DNA of 64,000 nucleotides from assembly GCF_963921235.1 (NCBI RefSeq), contig NC_086097.1, forward strand, positions 184,204,001 through 184,268,000, given 5' to 3'. The notes beneath the pieces are model-generated. The model made no database searches and had not been told where the DNA came from. It saw nothing but the letters and a program-made list of their open reading frames with translations. Shown in pieces: positions 1 to 13,021 of the stretch. The position numbers were made by a program, and so were the translations under genes. Source of the DNA: Mobula hypostoma (lineage: Eukaryota). Positions within the stretch are counted from its first letter, which is position 1; every line of letters starts with the position of its first letter.

Positions 1-589
1 TAAAAAATAAGAGGTGCAGGTTTACACCTTCAAAGGCCTTTGCTTCACCGTTGGCCATAGAGTAATCAATTGGTCCAATAATTTACACCACATCCCACAT
101 ATATGAGCTTGTGTATTAGAATGTAGCTGGATTATTGCTTTCAAAGTTTCCGCAGAAAGTATCAAGCATTGATATTTCTTCACCAATAGATTTAAGAACT
201 TAACTAGTCTGAACGACTTACCTCAAGCTTTACTTTCACAGTAAGTTTCCATTAATATATAGACACATAGAATAGGAGCTGATGTTTTAGTAAGCACAAT
301 CCTTCATTTGCCCATTGAGTGGGCAAGGCTTGCTGTCAGTTTAATTTTGTGTGATATAAAATAATACTGCTTTATCCACCATATAGACAGTTCCCCTGAT
401 TTTAATTTCCTATTGCCACGACTCATTATTTACTGTCATACAAAGACAAAATTATTACCAACAACAATGTAAACTTATGACTTTCAAAATATATAACTCA
501 ATTATACTAGTTATACCCCAATGAGCAGGGACATACTAAAGGAACAAATATAACATCCAGTCAGCTCCATTTGATCAAGTACCTGAACT

Positions 590-885
590 AGCAGAATCCA
601 GTATCCTTGTGGGAAGGTTTGCTCGTGCTGCTCCAGGGGGTTTAAACGAGAGTTGCAGGGGATGGGAACCAAAGTGCCAGAGAAGATAGCGGAGTGGTTG
701 TGGGGAAAGCTTACTTACAAAGGTAGGATCCTGAAGACTAAGAAAGTGGAAATAATATTCTGAGTTGTGTCTTTTTCAAAACAAGGAGTATTGAAGGTGA
801 GGCAGATGAGCTTAGAACATGGATCAGCACGGGAAATCATGATATTGCAGCCATTAGTGAGGCTTGTTTTCAAGAGAGGCAGGAC
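590..885 (+). mobile_element. Degenerate CR1 LINE fragment (ORF1 end / endonuclease start)
   Basis: gcagatgagcttagaacatggatcagc...gatattgcagccattagtgaggcttg resembles the CR1 endonuclease start (ADELRTWIS..DI.AI.E.W). Confidence 0.55.
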
Positions 886-1661
886 TGAGAGGGGGAGGTA
901 TTAAAGGGGGAGTAACCCTGAAGTAGGATGGAACACAAGAGGTCAAGCAGGAGTAGGCACAGACCATTGTGCTTGCTCTATCATTCAATAAGAGCGGTTC
1001 TGAGCTGTTTTCTTCCTGCCGCTTTCCTGCACTTATTCCATATTCCTTCAGATCCAAAATATCTAAACATCTATTGATATCAGAAAGAGCTTTCAAAGCA
1101 TTTTATTTATTAGACCCTGACTTCAGAAACCATGTTTTGAGATTAGATTCTGCACTACTGAACTTGTATGCAAACGAGACTTCCTTATTCCTTTTCTTGT
1201 AGCTCTTACCCTCCATAACTTAATGACTGCCATGTTTGGTTGATATTCTATTTAAAGAACATTTTCTGAGCATTGGTCCATCTGTAACAAGACTTTACTT
1301 TTGACTCAAGGGACTGCTGATGCAGGAAATTGGAGCAACAAACAATCTGCTGGAGGAACTCAGTGGGTAGTGCAACGTCTGTGCTTGGGAAAGGAATTTT
1401 CAACGTTTTGAATTGAAAACCAATTTATACAGCAAGGTTTGAGCTCCTTGCAGAAGCTATGATTGTGGAAGTTATTCACATCAACTTTGACCAGACAATT
1501 GAGGAGGATTTGCATTTGATCCTTTCATTCAAAACCATTTAAAACTGACTTGAAGATGAAAATCGACTCCAAGCAGTATGCGTTAAACTTAGAATAATAT
1601 TTTATTAAAATTGAAAGTTCTCAGCTGAATTGCTCAGGCAGAATTACCTCAGTCCTAAACT

Positions 1662-2298
1662 TCAACAACAGGAATTCTGCAGATGCTGGAAATTTAAGCA
1701 ACACACATCAAAGTTGCTGGTGAACGCAGCAGGCCAGGCTGCGTCTCTAGGAAGAGGTACAGTCGACCTTTCAGGCTGAGACCCTTCGTCAGGACTAATT
1801 GAAGGAAGAGTTAGTAAGAGATTTGAAAGTGGGAGGGGGAGGGGGAGGGGGAGATCCAAAATGATAGGAGAAGACAGGAGGGGGAGGGAAGGAGCCAAGA
1901 GCTGGACAGGTGATTGGCAAAGGGGATATAAGAGGATCATGGGACAGGAGGCCCAGGGAGAAAGGCAAGAGGGGGCGGGACCCAGAGGATGGGCAAGGGG
2001 CATAGTCAGAGGGACAGAGGGAAAAAAAGGAGAGTGAGAGAAAGAATGTGTGTATAAAAATAAATAACGGATAGTGTACGAGGGGGAGGTGAGTCATTAG
2101 CGGAAGTTAGAGAAGTCAATGTTCATGCCATCAGGTCGGAGGCTACCCAGACGGAATATAAGGTGTTGTTCCTCCAACCTGAGTGTGGCTTCATCTTTAC
2201 AGTAGAGGAGGCTGTGGATAGACATGTCAGAATGGGAATGGGATGTGGAATTAAAATGTGTGGCAACTGGGAGATCCTGCTTTCTCTGGCGGACAGAG
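1662..2298 (-). mobile_element. Penelope-like element (PLE) 3' fragment with hammerhead-like motif
   Basis: Highly similar to 43530-44155; carries the GIY-YIG C-terminal part and the ctgacgaagggtctc..ctgaaa motif on the minus strand. Confidence 0.85.
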
Positions 2299-5200
2299 AA
2301 GTCAGGCGGACAGTCCTAAACTTATTTTTTTTGCAGTGTACTGCTGTGCTTATAAATCAAACATCATCAGTGCTGGGATGTTTGTTTTAAGATATTGGCA
2401 TTCAGAAATTTAAAGGCAGACATTGTATGGATCAATTGCTTTAAGGCTCCCTCTGCTGTGTCCCAAATCCATCTTGGCTACCACAAATTCCAAGGAACTT
2501 TGGCAAGATATTTCATTTTCTATGGCAGTCAGCCTTAGAATTTCAAACTTCTATTCATGGCACTGAAGCTGCCCAAAATGATTTCATTCGTTATTTTTTC
2601 ACCCTATACAGAAGAAGACAGCTTTCATCTTGTCTACCAGATTGGTGGACAGGATCTGAGCATACATTCCAGAGGTGAAAAACACAGAGCACCAGCTATA
2701 TCTTACGGTCTTTGTCTGAAATTGTCACATGTAATTCAGAATTAATCCCTATACCATAGGAACAAATCAGTGAAAGGGGAATTCCATCCTATGTTGATCA
2801 TACTCCTTCCCTTCAAATTTAGTCAGTATCATAATTATGCCTTTCTATGAAAGGTACATGAAAATGAGAAACATATACTCATTATGAAATTAAAAATAAA
2901 AAAGGCTTTCTTCACCTAAAAACAGCCAAGAAATGTTGCGACAGATTGTACAAGAAAAATATTGTTAACACTATATTCATGATCACTTTGCACATTGCAG
3001 TACTTTAGAAAACACTTCATATATAAGTGCAAAATTTGTTAATTTAAGTTAAATTTTATGCCTTTTGAGACAAAAGTCCTAGTACAGATTCCAAGGGACT
3101 GACTGGAATTTTCATTTTTATATCTGGAAATGTTGGATGATCAATTTCTCCCTTGTGAGAGGAATCATCCTGGCTGCATACATAAATACAGTTTACATAG
3201 ATGTAACTGGAGCTAATTTTTTTATGGTATAAAGCAATCTTGCAAACATAAACCTCGCACAGATGTGTTTAGTGAACATGAGCCTTTCCTTGAAAATGCC
3301 TGCACCTGTGTAAACAAAAAAATAGATTTCCAACCAGTACAATTGCAGCTGCAATGGGTGCCTCACAGAGAGCTGAGAAAAAGTTCTTTATGCCAAGCTT
3401 TTAGAAGCCATTGTGCTTCTCTCTTAAAATCTAGCAGACAATGAAAATAAATCACCAAACATAGTCTGAGGCATTCACAGACTTGCTGATATAACGGCAC
3501 ATGGTTTTAAATTTAATAGCCACAAGTAAAGCAGTACATTTATGAACATTTTATTGACACATTTTCATCTGCGTGTCTCGTCACAGGTGCCAGTGCCATT
3601 TAGCTGCTGTGCCCGGGAGGCTTCATTGCACAGAATCTTATTAGACTTCAATTAAAGAACACAATTCTGTCAGAGAGATAGGAGAGCATTTATTTCTTGA
3701 TGACTATTAAGTTATGCCATAGGCCTCACATCAATAGAATTATTTTCTCAGTCGGTTGTTAGGATTCTCCAAACATTTTATGGAATATTAAAAAATTAAA
3801 ACATATAATTTTCTTATTTGTTCAATGGCAATTCTATCTCCTTCAAACAACGCTTTATAGACAACAAATCTGAACACGTGTGCTTTGCCCATAAAATATA
3901 TTAAAGCTGCCATATTATTGATCAATATGCCAAATGTACCCTCGACTGTAATTATAACAGCTTGAAGGTATGAGGAATGTCCCTGAAGATTATCTTACAC
4001 GTGCAAACAATAATAATGAACTATCCAGTATTCTTTGGTGTAAAGCTTGCTCTCAATTTTAATAAAAAATTCATGTTCTTTTTCTGCTATATTTTTCTCC
4101 CCATGGTTTAGAAATTTCTTGACTTTGAATAGTCTTGTCAAATGCTCCTGTGCAGTAACATGGTGAAACAGAGCTGTGCATTCGGAAGAGAATGTCAGAA
4201 CCTCAGCATTTGAGATCCCAGAAGAGTTGCAGATATTGAAAGCTGTATGCTGAAGATATATAGAACGAGATCATTCTTTTCTTAGTTACTATATTCACTG
4301 CTATTTTAGAGGCAACGCAGATATCCACATAATAGTAGACAACTTCTTTCTGTGGCATAAGATTGCAGCATTAGCTTTAATATTTTAATCAATCTAAAAT
4401 GTGATTCCTAGTACTAACCAAGCAGATTACATCATTAATATTTGATGACGTTTTCTACTGCACTTTGATCTCCTGCTTTTATTTGTTCTGCACCTATGTA
4501 GCTTTGAGAGAGCCCCAGGCCAAATGGTAGCAGAAGACTCACTGCTAGTACTGGTAGAATGAGAAGATAGTTGACCAAAGCTCATCACCTGCTGAAGGAT
4601 GTCATGAGGATAGTGTCAATCTCCTGAAGTGAGCTGGAGATCAGAAGGCTCTGCACTTAAATGTGAGAGAAGCAGGAAAGTCTGGTGAGTGATGGATGTG
4701 ACTTAACATTAATTGCCTCACATTTAACAGATACTTGCTTTGGCAAGAAGGCACAGGCACTGCTGTTCAATCACTGAGTTAACATTGATATTTATTTATC
4801 AGCCAGAGTGTCTTTGTTTTCGACCAGCTTTGCAATATCATCCAGATTCATAAAAGTTGTAAACATTTCCTGATATTGGTCTTTACAAGCCAACAATGGG
4901 AATATCAATTCAGGATGCTTAAAGTGTGAATCTGTTTTTGCTTTATTCTTTTTAGCACTTTGATTGTAATAGAGAGAGCTGCTTGTTATTGTTCAATTAT
5001 TTATTTTGTTTGCAAAAAACGGTCAGTATTAATCAACTCCAATATATTCCTAAAGCAAGGATTCAGTAGTCTGAATTTCTGAGGATCAGAAACAACCCCT
5101 TCCAATGACCATTTTTCTCCAAGGGAGAGTTTGCCTCTCGGATAGTGCAATGCCAAAAGAAGAGAAGATCAAATGGTGTTAAAGCTATTGGGAAGAAAGT

Positions 5201-5378
5201 TGAGCTTTTGACTGCTTCATAGGAAAGATTTCATAATTTCCAGCAGCTGAGTGTAGAACACCCGATGATAATGGGACAGTCTACCTGAAAAAAAAACTTC
5301 TAATGAAATGATGTAACCATGCTTTGTCTTGCAAAAGAGATTTAGCAAACTTGGTGGCCTTCAGTTCAATGATAGTTC

Positions 5379-6229
5379 TGGGACCTCTACTTTTCGTGAT
5401 TTTTATTAATGATCTGGATGTGGGGGTAGAAGTGGGCTGAGAAGTGGCAGATGGAGTTCAACCCGGAGAAGTGTGAGGTGGTACACTTTGGAAGGACAAA
5501 CTCCAAGGCAGAGTACAAAGTAAATGGCAGGATACTTGGTAGTGTGGAGGAGCAGAGGGATCTGGGGGTACATATCCACAGATCCCTGAAAGTTGCCTCA
5601 CAGGTAGATAGGGTAGTTAAGAAAGCTTATGGGGTGTTAGCTTTCATAAGTCGAGGGATAGAGTTTAAGAGTCGCGAGGTAATGATGCAGCTCTATAAAA
5701 CTCTGGTTAGGCCACACTTGGAGTATTGTGTCCAGTTCTGCTCGCCTCACTATAGGAAGGATGTGGAAGCATTGGAAAGGGTACAGAGGAGATTTACCAG
5801 GATGCAGCCTGGTTTAGAGAGCATGGATTATGATCAGTGATTAAGGGAGCTAGTGCTTTACTCTTTGGAGAGAAGGAGGATGAGAGAAGACATGATAGAG
5901 GTATACAAGATATTAAGAGGAATAGATAGAGTGGATAGCCAGCACCTCTTCCCCAGGGCACCACTGCTCAATACAAGGGGACATGGCTTTAAGGTAAGGG
6001 GTGGGAAGTTCAAGGGGTATATTAGAGGAAGGTTTTTTACTCAGAGAGTGGTTGGTGCGTGGAATGCACTGCCTGAGTCAGTGGTGGAGGTAGATACACT
6101 AGTGAAATTTAAGAAACTACTGGACAGGTATATGGAGGAATTTAAAGTGGGGAGTTATATGGGAGGCAGGGTTTGAGGGTCGGCACAACAATGTGGGCCG
6201 AAGGGCCTGTACTGTGCATGTACTATTCT
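5379..6229 (+). mobile_element. 5'-truncated CR1 LINE (RT C-terminal region and 3' UTR)
   Basis: ORFs 5451-5840 and 5853-6176 (MEFNPEKCEVVHFG, LVRPHLEYCVQF, RFFTQRVVGAWNALP). 7-bp TSD atagttc at 5372-5378 and 6230-6236. An internal deletion near 5430 removes the FADD segment. Confidence 0.92.
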
Positions 6230-8334
6230 ATAGTTCATCATATAAGAAATGAACATATAGATATAGATGAATACCCTCGAAGCACTTGTGCAGCAAAGGA
6301 AAAACATATTTGACCTGAGTAAAAAGCTGAAATAGGATTTCAGCTGAAGCAACAAAATCTTACATTCACATTGTATTCTTGGGAATTTCATGGGAAGGTA
6401 CTGAGGCAAACTTGACACTGAGCCAAAGAAAGGGACATTAGTGCAGAAGACTAAAATACTTAAATGATCAACCAAAACTTAAGCTGAATTGTTAAAACAA
6501 GATAATGAAATATATGTAACTGGAGAAGCTTACCAAGTCCAGAGTTGTGCACCTAGACTGTTGAAGTTATCATCACCAATGAAGAGATAAAGAAAGTGAG
6601 GCATGCAAAAGAGACCACAGATCTTGGATCTTGGACTTTACTGTAGGCTGGACTGTGGAAGAATCTGTAGACAACATAGAAAGTTTTAAATTAGAGTTAC
6701 AATGGTGCAGGATGCCAGTGCAGGTAAGATAACAAAGAGGGTAATCTGGGAACATGGTTTTTTTCAGTCTGAATATGGGCAGGAGAACTTTGAAAGCTTT
6801 GCAAGAATTGAATGGAATGGTTGTGGGTGGAAGGATAAAATCAGCAGACAACCTGAGGCAGGACTGGTAATGGTGGTGAAAATAGACAATCGTCATGATG
6901 GAGATTGAAATTTGAAATATCTGCTGTGTGCAAAACCGTTCTCTTTAAATCTCTCTGCTCCTCATATCCATTCCCATAAAATGTCCCATTCCTATGTACT
7001 TTCCCATGCAAGCACAACAGAGGTTTCACCTCTTCCCTTTCCACCTATTCAGGAATACAAACAGCCTTTCCAGTAAAGTAATGATTCACTTCACTTCATT
7101 AATCTGGTGGACAGTTTGGTCTTCTCTACACTGGAGAAAACAAAAACAGATTGGATGACCATTCACTCTATAGAGCAGGAGATACCTTAGATCTGTCCTC
7201 CTGTCAATGCCCCAATAACAACCATTCCCCTCTGCAAAGTTCACGTACATTCTCTATTACAATGAAAATGAGTAGATGTTTCCACTTTCATGTAAACGTG
7301 TAAGCAAGACCCTTCAGGGATATTTCCTCATAGTATCCATTTTTCATTCAGTTACGGAATGGGAGTACCACCAGCACTAACTGCCTGTGAGAAAATGGTG
7401 GAGAGCCACATCCTTGAATAAGCGCAGTTCATGCGATTAAGGTGCTCCCACAGTGACAAAGGAACTGCAGTATATTTTCACGTGAAATGGGGTTGAACAG
7501 TAAAGGAGTCTCTAGCTTACATTAATAATTTAAAATAGCAAAGAACAACCCCTGTTAATATCTGTCTTTATTTAATAATAAAAATAATCATCATGTGTCT
7601 GCATTTAAGTCTTATGAATGCCTTTTGGACATTCATTGATGAGATCAAGTCCACATTTATAACTGCCCATATAGCCTCAGTTAAATATATTACTTCCTAA
7701 TAGTTTAAAAGTCTTGCAAAGAATAAATTCATTAAGTGATTTGGAAACCGCAATATATTTCTTGACAGCACAATATCTCATGCTGAATTATAAGTGCCTT
7801 GGAATTAGATGACCATTTTAAATTTTATCAATTTATTCCAATTGCTTGTTAATATGACCTAGTGTTTGGGATGCAATTGAATGTAATTTGATTTTGTCTT
7901 CTGAATTTACTGACATTAATGTCTGCCTCATTAATCATGGCATTCTCATTGAGCTTTCATGGCCAGCGCAAAGTTCATTTCTACTGAAATGAAATCTGTC
8001 AAGAAAAACAATGTACTTCACAAATGGAACATCTGGCTCCAGCTGGAAATCCCAGACCTGGTTTGGAGTGCAAAGTGAAAACTACTGATTACATTTATAA
8101 TTGTCCCATAAGGTCAATGATTTCACAACTAACATGGAGTAACAAAACCTTCTTGTCATGATGCATGTGCCTGCATATTTGTATCCTTTACCTTATGAGG
8201 TTTATCCAGTATTAAATATTTCCTAAAAATAGGCAGTGAGACGTATTGGCTCTTTTTAAAAGAATGGTGACTGAGAGTGTTAAGTATTAGACATCAATGG
8301 CAGCAAAGGACTGGGAACTGGAGCCAGCCATCTG

Positions 8335-8830
8335 GCTGTTGAGCCTGCTCTGCCATTTAATGAGAGCATAGTTGATCTGACTGTGGAATCAGTTCCACCC
8401 ACCTGCCTTTCCTCCGTAGCCCTTAATTCCCCTGTTATGCAAAAATCTATTTATCTGTGCTTTAAGTATATTTAATAAGGAAGCCATGCTGCTTTCCTGG
8501 GCAGAGAATTCCACAGTCACTGCTTTCTGGGAAAAGCAGTCCTCCTTATCGTTGTCCTAGATCTGTTCCCCAAAATCTTGAGGCGATGTCTCGTACTTCT
8601 ACTCTCACCAACTAGTAGAAATGACTTTCCTACCTCTATATTATCTACATTTTTTCATAACTTCCCTGAAAAAGAATTTCAGGATGTATATTGTACCTAT
8701 TGAACTTTATATGTTTCTATAAGATCCCCTTTCATTCTTCTGAATGCTAGTAAGTATAGTCCAAGGCTACTCAATTTAATTTCATAGCCTAACCCCTCAT
8801 CTCTACAATCAACCTGCTGTGTCTCCTCAG
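8335..8830 (-). mobile_element. Old CR1 LINE 3' fragment
   Basis: gagcctgctctgccattt...ggcagagaattccacag...aagatcccctttcattcttctgaa is the reverse complement of a typical CR1 3' region. Confidence 0.75.
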
Positions 8831-9293
8831 CATTCTGCAAATACTCCATTTGGACAGTCTATTAATTGTACAGTTACAGAGCTATTCCTTTACTCACTTT
8901 ATTCCTGGTAAATCCACGTCTTAATTTCACGAGTTCAAGAAGTGGGTTAAAATTGCATCAGACTCTGACGGAACTAGTAAATAAGTGTTAAACGGAACTC
9001 GTGTAATTTTGAGGAATGTGCTAACTATAGATGCCTCATGGAATAAACCAATGAGGCTCATTAAAAATAAAATAAAATCCAGCCTCAGTGAGGCATCAAT
9101 AGGGGAAGTACTTCTCCAGGGCTCAGAAGCAAATTCAGAGCCACCGCAGCGCTTTCCCCCCCCATCCGACACTCAGCTTCCAATCCATCAGATCTTTATT
9201 CCTCCATCAGCCAGTTGGCAGTATGACCAATGGAATGCTATCACGAGAGCAAAAGTCAATTCCATGTGAAGTTAGAGACACAATCAGGGTTTG

Positions 9294-9640
9294 AATCAGA
9301 ATCAGAATCAGACATTGTCATTGACATACGTCATGAGATTTGTTGTTTTGCAGCAGCAGTACAGTGCGTGAGATAAAAACTATTATTATTTACAGAATAA
9401 ATAACATATGCAAAAGCTAACAGGTAAGGCAGTTTTCATGGGTTTATTGATCGTTCGTTAAATCTGATAGAGAGGATGTACCTGTTTTTAAAGTATTGAG
9501 TGTGGGTCTTCAGGCTCCTGTACTTCCTCCCTGATGGTAGTGATGAGAAAAGGGCACCTTGCGGATGGTGAGGGTCCTGAACGATGGATGGTGCTTCTTA
9601 AGGCACCATCTCCTGAAGCTGTCCTCGATGGTGACTTGTG
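9294..9640 (-). mobile_element. Rex1/Babar-like LINE 3' end
   Basis: (aatcag)n tail complement and gtcttcaggctcctgtac motif shared with other copies in the window. Confidence 0.75.
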
Positions 9641-9689
9641 ATGGAACTGGCCGAGTTTGCATGCCACTACTTTCTACAAGGCAAAACTC

Positions 9690-11270
9690 AACAGCATAAA
9701 TGGCAGTGATGTTTCACTCCCTGATGAACTTAGTGTCTTGTATGCATGTTCAGAAAGGGACAACAGCACTACATCAGTGTGAATCCCCACAGCACCTGGT
9801 GTCTGTCTCAGAGGATGATGTCCGTTCATCCTTCAAGACAGTGAAACCTTTGCAAGGCATCAGTGCTAGATGGTGTACCTGGCAGAGTACTGAAAATCTG
9901 TGCTGACCAGCCGACTGGAGGGATCAAAGTTATCCTTAACTGCTGCATTCGTAGGTTCCCACCTGGTTTAAAAGGGCATCAACCATACCAGTGCCCAAAA
10001 AGACCAGACTGAGCTGCCTCAACAACTATTGCCCTGTTGCAGTCAAATCTACTGTGAGGAAGTGCTTTGAGAGGTTGGTTACAGCTATTTGCCTCATGCC
10101 ACAACATATTTTCAGTGTGCTCAATCTCACTAGCTCTCTATGCGGGTTTGAACACCTAAATAACGGTAAAACATATGTAATGTCCTGGTTAAGATTTCTA
10201 TTGCTATCCTGTGAGTAGTTTATATTAGCTCAGTTACACATATGCCAGTATGCCGTTTATCAATCACAGCTCAGCATTCAACACCATCGTTCCCTCACTA
10301 CTGACCAACAAGACTCAAGACCTAGGCCTCGCTGCAATTGGATACCTGACTTTCTTATCAGCGGACCACAGCCACTGCAGATCAGTGCAATGGTTTCCTT
10401 CTCACTGATTATCAACACAAGATCATCTCAAGGATGTGTGCTTAGCCCACTGCTCTACTCTTTCTACTCCCACGGCAGTGTAGCTAGGCAGGTCAAACAC
10501 TATCTATAAATTCACCAATTATACCACTGTTATTGGTGGAATCTCAGATTGCGGCAAGGTACAGGAGTACAGGAGTGAGATAGGTCAGCTATTTGAGTGT
10601 TGTCACTGCAACAAAGTTGCACTCAATATCAGCAAGTCGAAATTGGGCGGGGTGTGATGGGAAGTCAGGAAAATGTACAACAGTCCTCCTTGAAAGGTGA
10701 GCAGCTTCAAGTTCCTGGCCATGAAGATATTAGAGGATCTATCTTGGGTCCATCACATTGATGCAGTCATGAAGAAGGCATGCCAGTGCCTATACATCAT
10801 TAAGAATTTGAGGAGATTTGGTATGTCACCAAATGCTTTATATCTCTGCAGAATGGAGCCTGCAGTGGACAGGATCACAAAAGACTACTGAGAGTTGTAG
10901 CCTCAACCAGTTCCATCACGGGCACAATTCCAACCCCCTAATTATCAAAGACATTTTTGAGAGACGCTGCCTCAAGAAGGCACAATCCATCACTGAAGAC
11001 CCTCACCATTTGGGACATACCCACTTTGCATTATTACCATTGGGATAACAGGTACAGGAGACTGAAGAGCCATAATTATTTTTCGAATAACTGCCACCAG
11101 ATTTCTGAATGGACCATTAATCCATGAACACTATCTCATCATTCGTCTTTCATGCTATCTATTTATTTTGTAACATATAATGATTTTTATGGATTGCACT
11201 GTACTGCTGCCACAAAACAACAAATTTCACCACATATATTAGTGATAATAAATCTGATTCTGATTCTGAC
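9690..11270 (+). mobile_element. Degenerate Rex1/Babar-like LINE (RT region to tail)
   Basis: PKKTRLSCLNNYCPVA..KCFERLV, QGCVLSPLLYS-like and SSFKFL..I.EDLSW remnants; (tgattc)n tail at ~11255. Confidence 0.85.
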
Positions 11271-12106
11271 TCTGGAGTTCAATAGGTTTTTGTAGGGTTT
11301 GAGTATCAAGGGGACTAAAGCAAATTGAATCATGTGGAATTTTGGATTTGACTGAATAGCAGCAGGCACGAGGAGTTAAATAGTTTTCTCTTTCTTCCTC
11401 TCAATTCACAAGACTATGTCTTATTGTTCCAATATGATTCATCTTGGAGAACTTTTCATGAATCCACTAATGCAAACAACTGTTTTGATTATATGGTGCT
11501 CCTTATGTGTAGATATGTTTCCCTGCAAGGGATCTGTTAAAGTGTGAAAAAATTGTAGATACTTTATCACCATTGCAAAACCAGATCTGGATAGGTTATC
11601 TTTCTATTAATGATGCATCAACTCTTCAGAAGTCATTTACAGTTTGTTTACATGTTAAAAGCTGACTAAAAAGCTTAGCATCTATTTTTTTCAGTGAGCT
11701 GGTAGGAATTACATGAATGTGTTATAAGGAGATTACATCTATTAGTTACTGCTGTGCATTATGTCTGCTGTGCATTAAACTCAAACCTGCAGATAATCTA
11801 CAGGAAGTTTGAAAATCATTTTAAACTTCAATAAGCTTAAATCAGAAGCAACTAACTTTTTAAGTCCACATACTGCCACATGGCACCAGTCTAACAGAAG
11901 TGATTACATAAAGTAGTTGCTATGCACTACTTTACATTGTGATCATTTCTAAATTATCTAAATGTATTTTATTTTATCTCATTTTTTAGCTGGGTGAAGT
12001 ACACTATGTACTTTCCATTAATTCTCATAAACACATTTAATACTCATCCAAATTTATAGAAATATCCAAAACTGATAAAATCCACAAACATACCAAATGT
12101 TATAAA

Positions 12107-12208
12107 CAACACCCATCAAAGTTGCTGGTGAACGCAGCAGGCCAAGCAGCATCTGTAGGAAGAGGTGCAGTCGACGTTTCAGGCCGAGACCCTTCGTCAG
12201 GACTAACT
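12107..12208 (-). mobile_element. 102-bp PLE 3'-end insert containing a hammerhead motif
   Basis: Exact 12-bp TSD aaatgttataaa at 12095-12106 and 12209-12220; sequence matches the PLE terminus. Confidence 0.9.
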
Positions 12209-12525
12209 AAATGTTATAAAGCTGCTTCTTCTCATAAGATGGCTAATTAAAAAGATTTAGGTATCTTGAAAGATCTCTTAATTAAAATCCCTCCTTCAAG
12301 GATCTGCACTCAAACCTGAAGGTCCTTGAATTAAAAAAAGAACATTGTCATCTCATAAAACGCTACTAAAGTAACTTACTAGTGAAATACCTCATTTTTT
12401 CTGTGATTATCAAAAATTCTGTAACCAATAAAGTACAGTATTCAAAACTAATCGTGCATTTGCATTTGCATGAATTCACAAAACCTTGTATTAAATATTG
12501 TCATTTCTACATATTTTGTTATTAA

Positions 12526-13021
12526 CCCTTACATACACTTCCAGTCAAATTTGACCCGTTTTGACATTTGACAGCAGTAAAAACACTCTAAATGCCATTT
12601 TTAGCCAAAATTTGATGACTTTTTTCTAAAGTGACCCAAAATGCACAGAAATGAAAATATTTAAAAATGTTATACTTTTGTACAGGTGCTACAAATTTTT
12701 GTACATTGAGGCTGTTCCAGGTCAAATTTGACCCATATCTATTGAAATGAATTTTAGATCTCTGAAACATTAATTAAGGATTAATCACCAATTGAGGCTG
12801 TTCTGGGTCAAATTTGACCCATATCTATTGAAGTGAATTTTAGATCTCTGAAACATTAATTAAGGATTAATCACCCATTTATTAATGTCAGATAGGCTAT
12901 TTATACATTCTAAATAGATCTGTGGTTCAAAATTTGGTATAGACACTTGTCCCAGACCATATTGACCCAAATTGACCCAGACCATACTGTGAAGGTATAG
13001 AAGATGAACAGGTAGCCTGGG
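12526..13021. mobile_element. Probable piggyBac-like non-autonomous DNA transposon with an internal ~86-bp tandem duplication
   Basis: TTAA|CCCT...TGGG|TTAA ends; repeated ggtcaaatttgacc palindromes; 12707-12789 duplicated at 12793-12875. Confidence 0.55.

Noticed and set aside
8927..9269. Antisense-overlapping ORFs of 81 and 94 aa
   Set aside because: No recognisable homology or splice context; kept only as a non-coding candidate.
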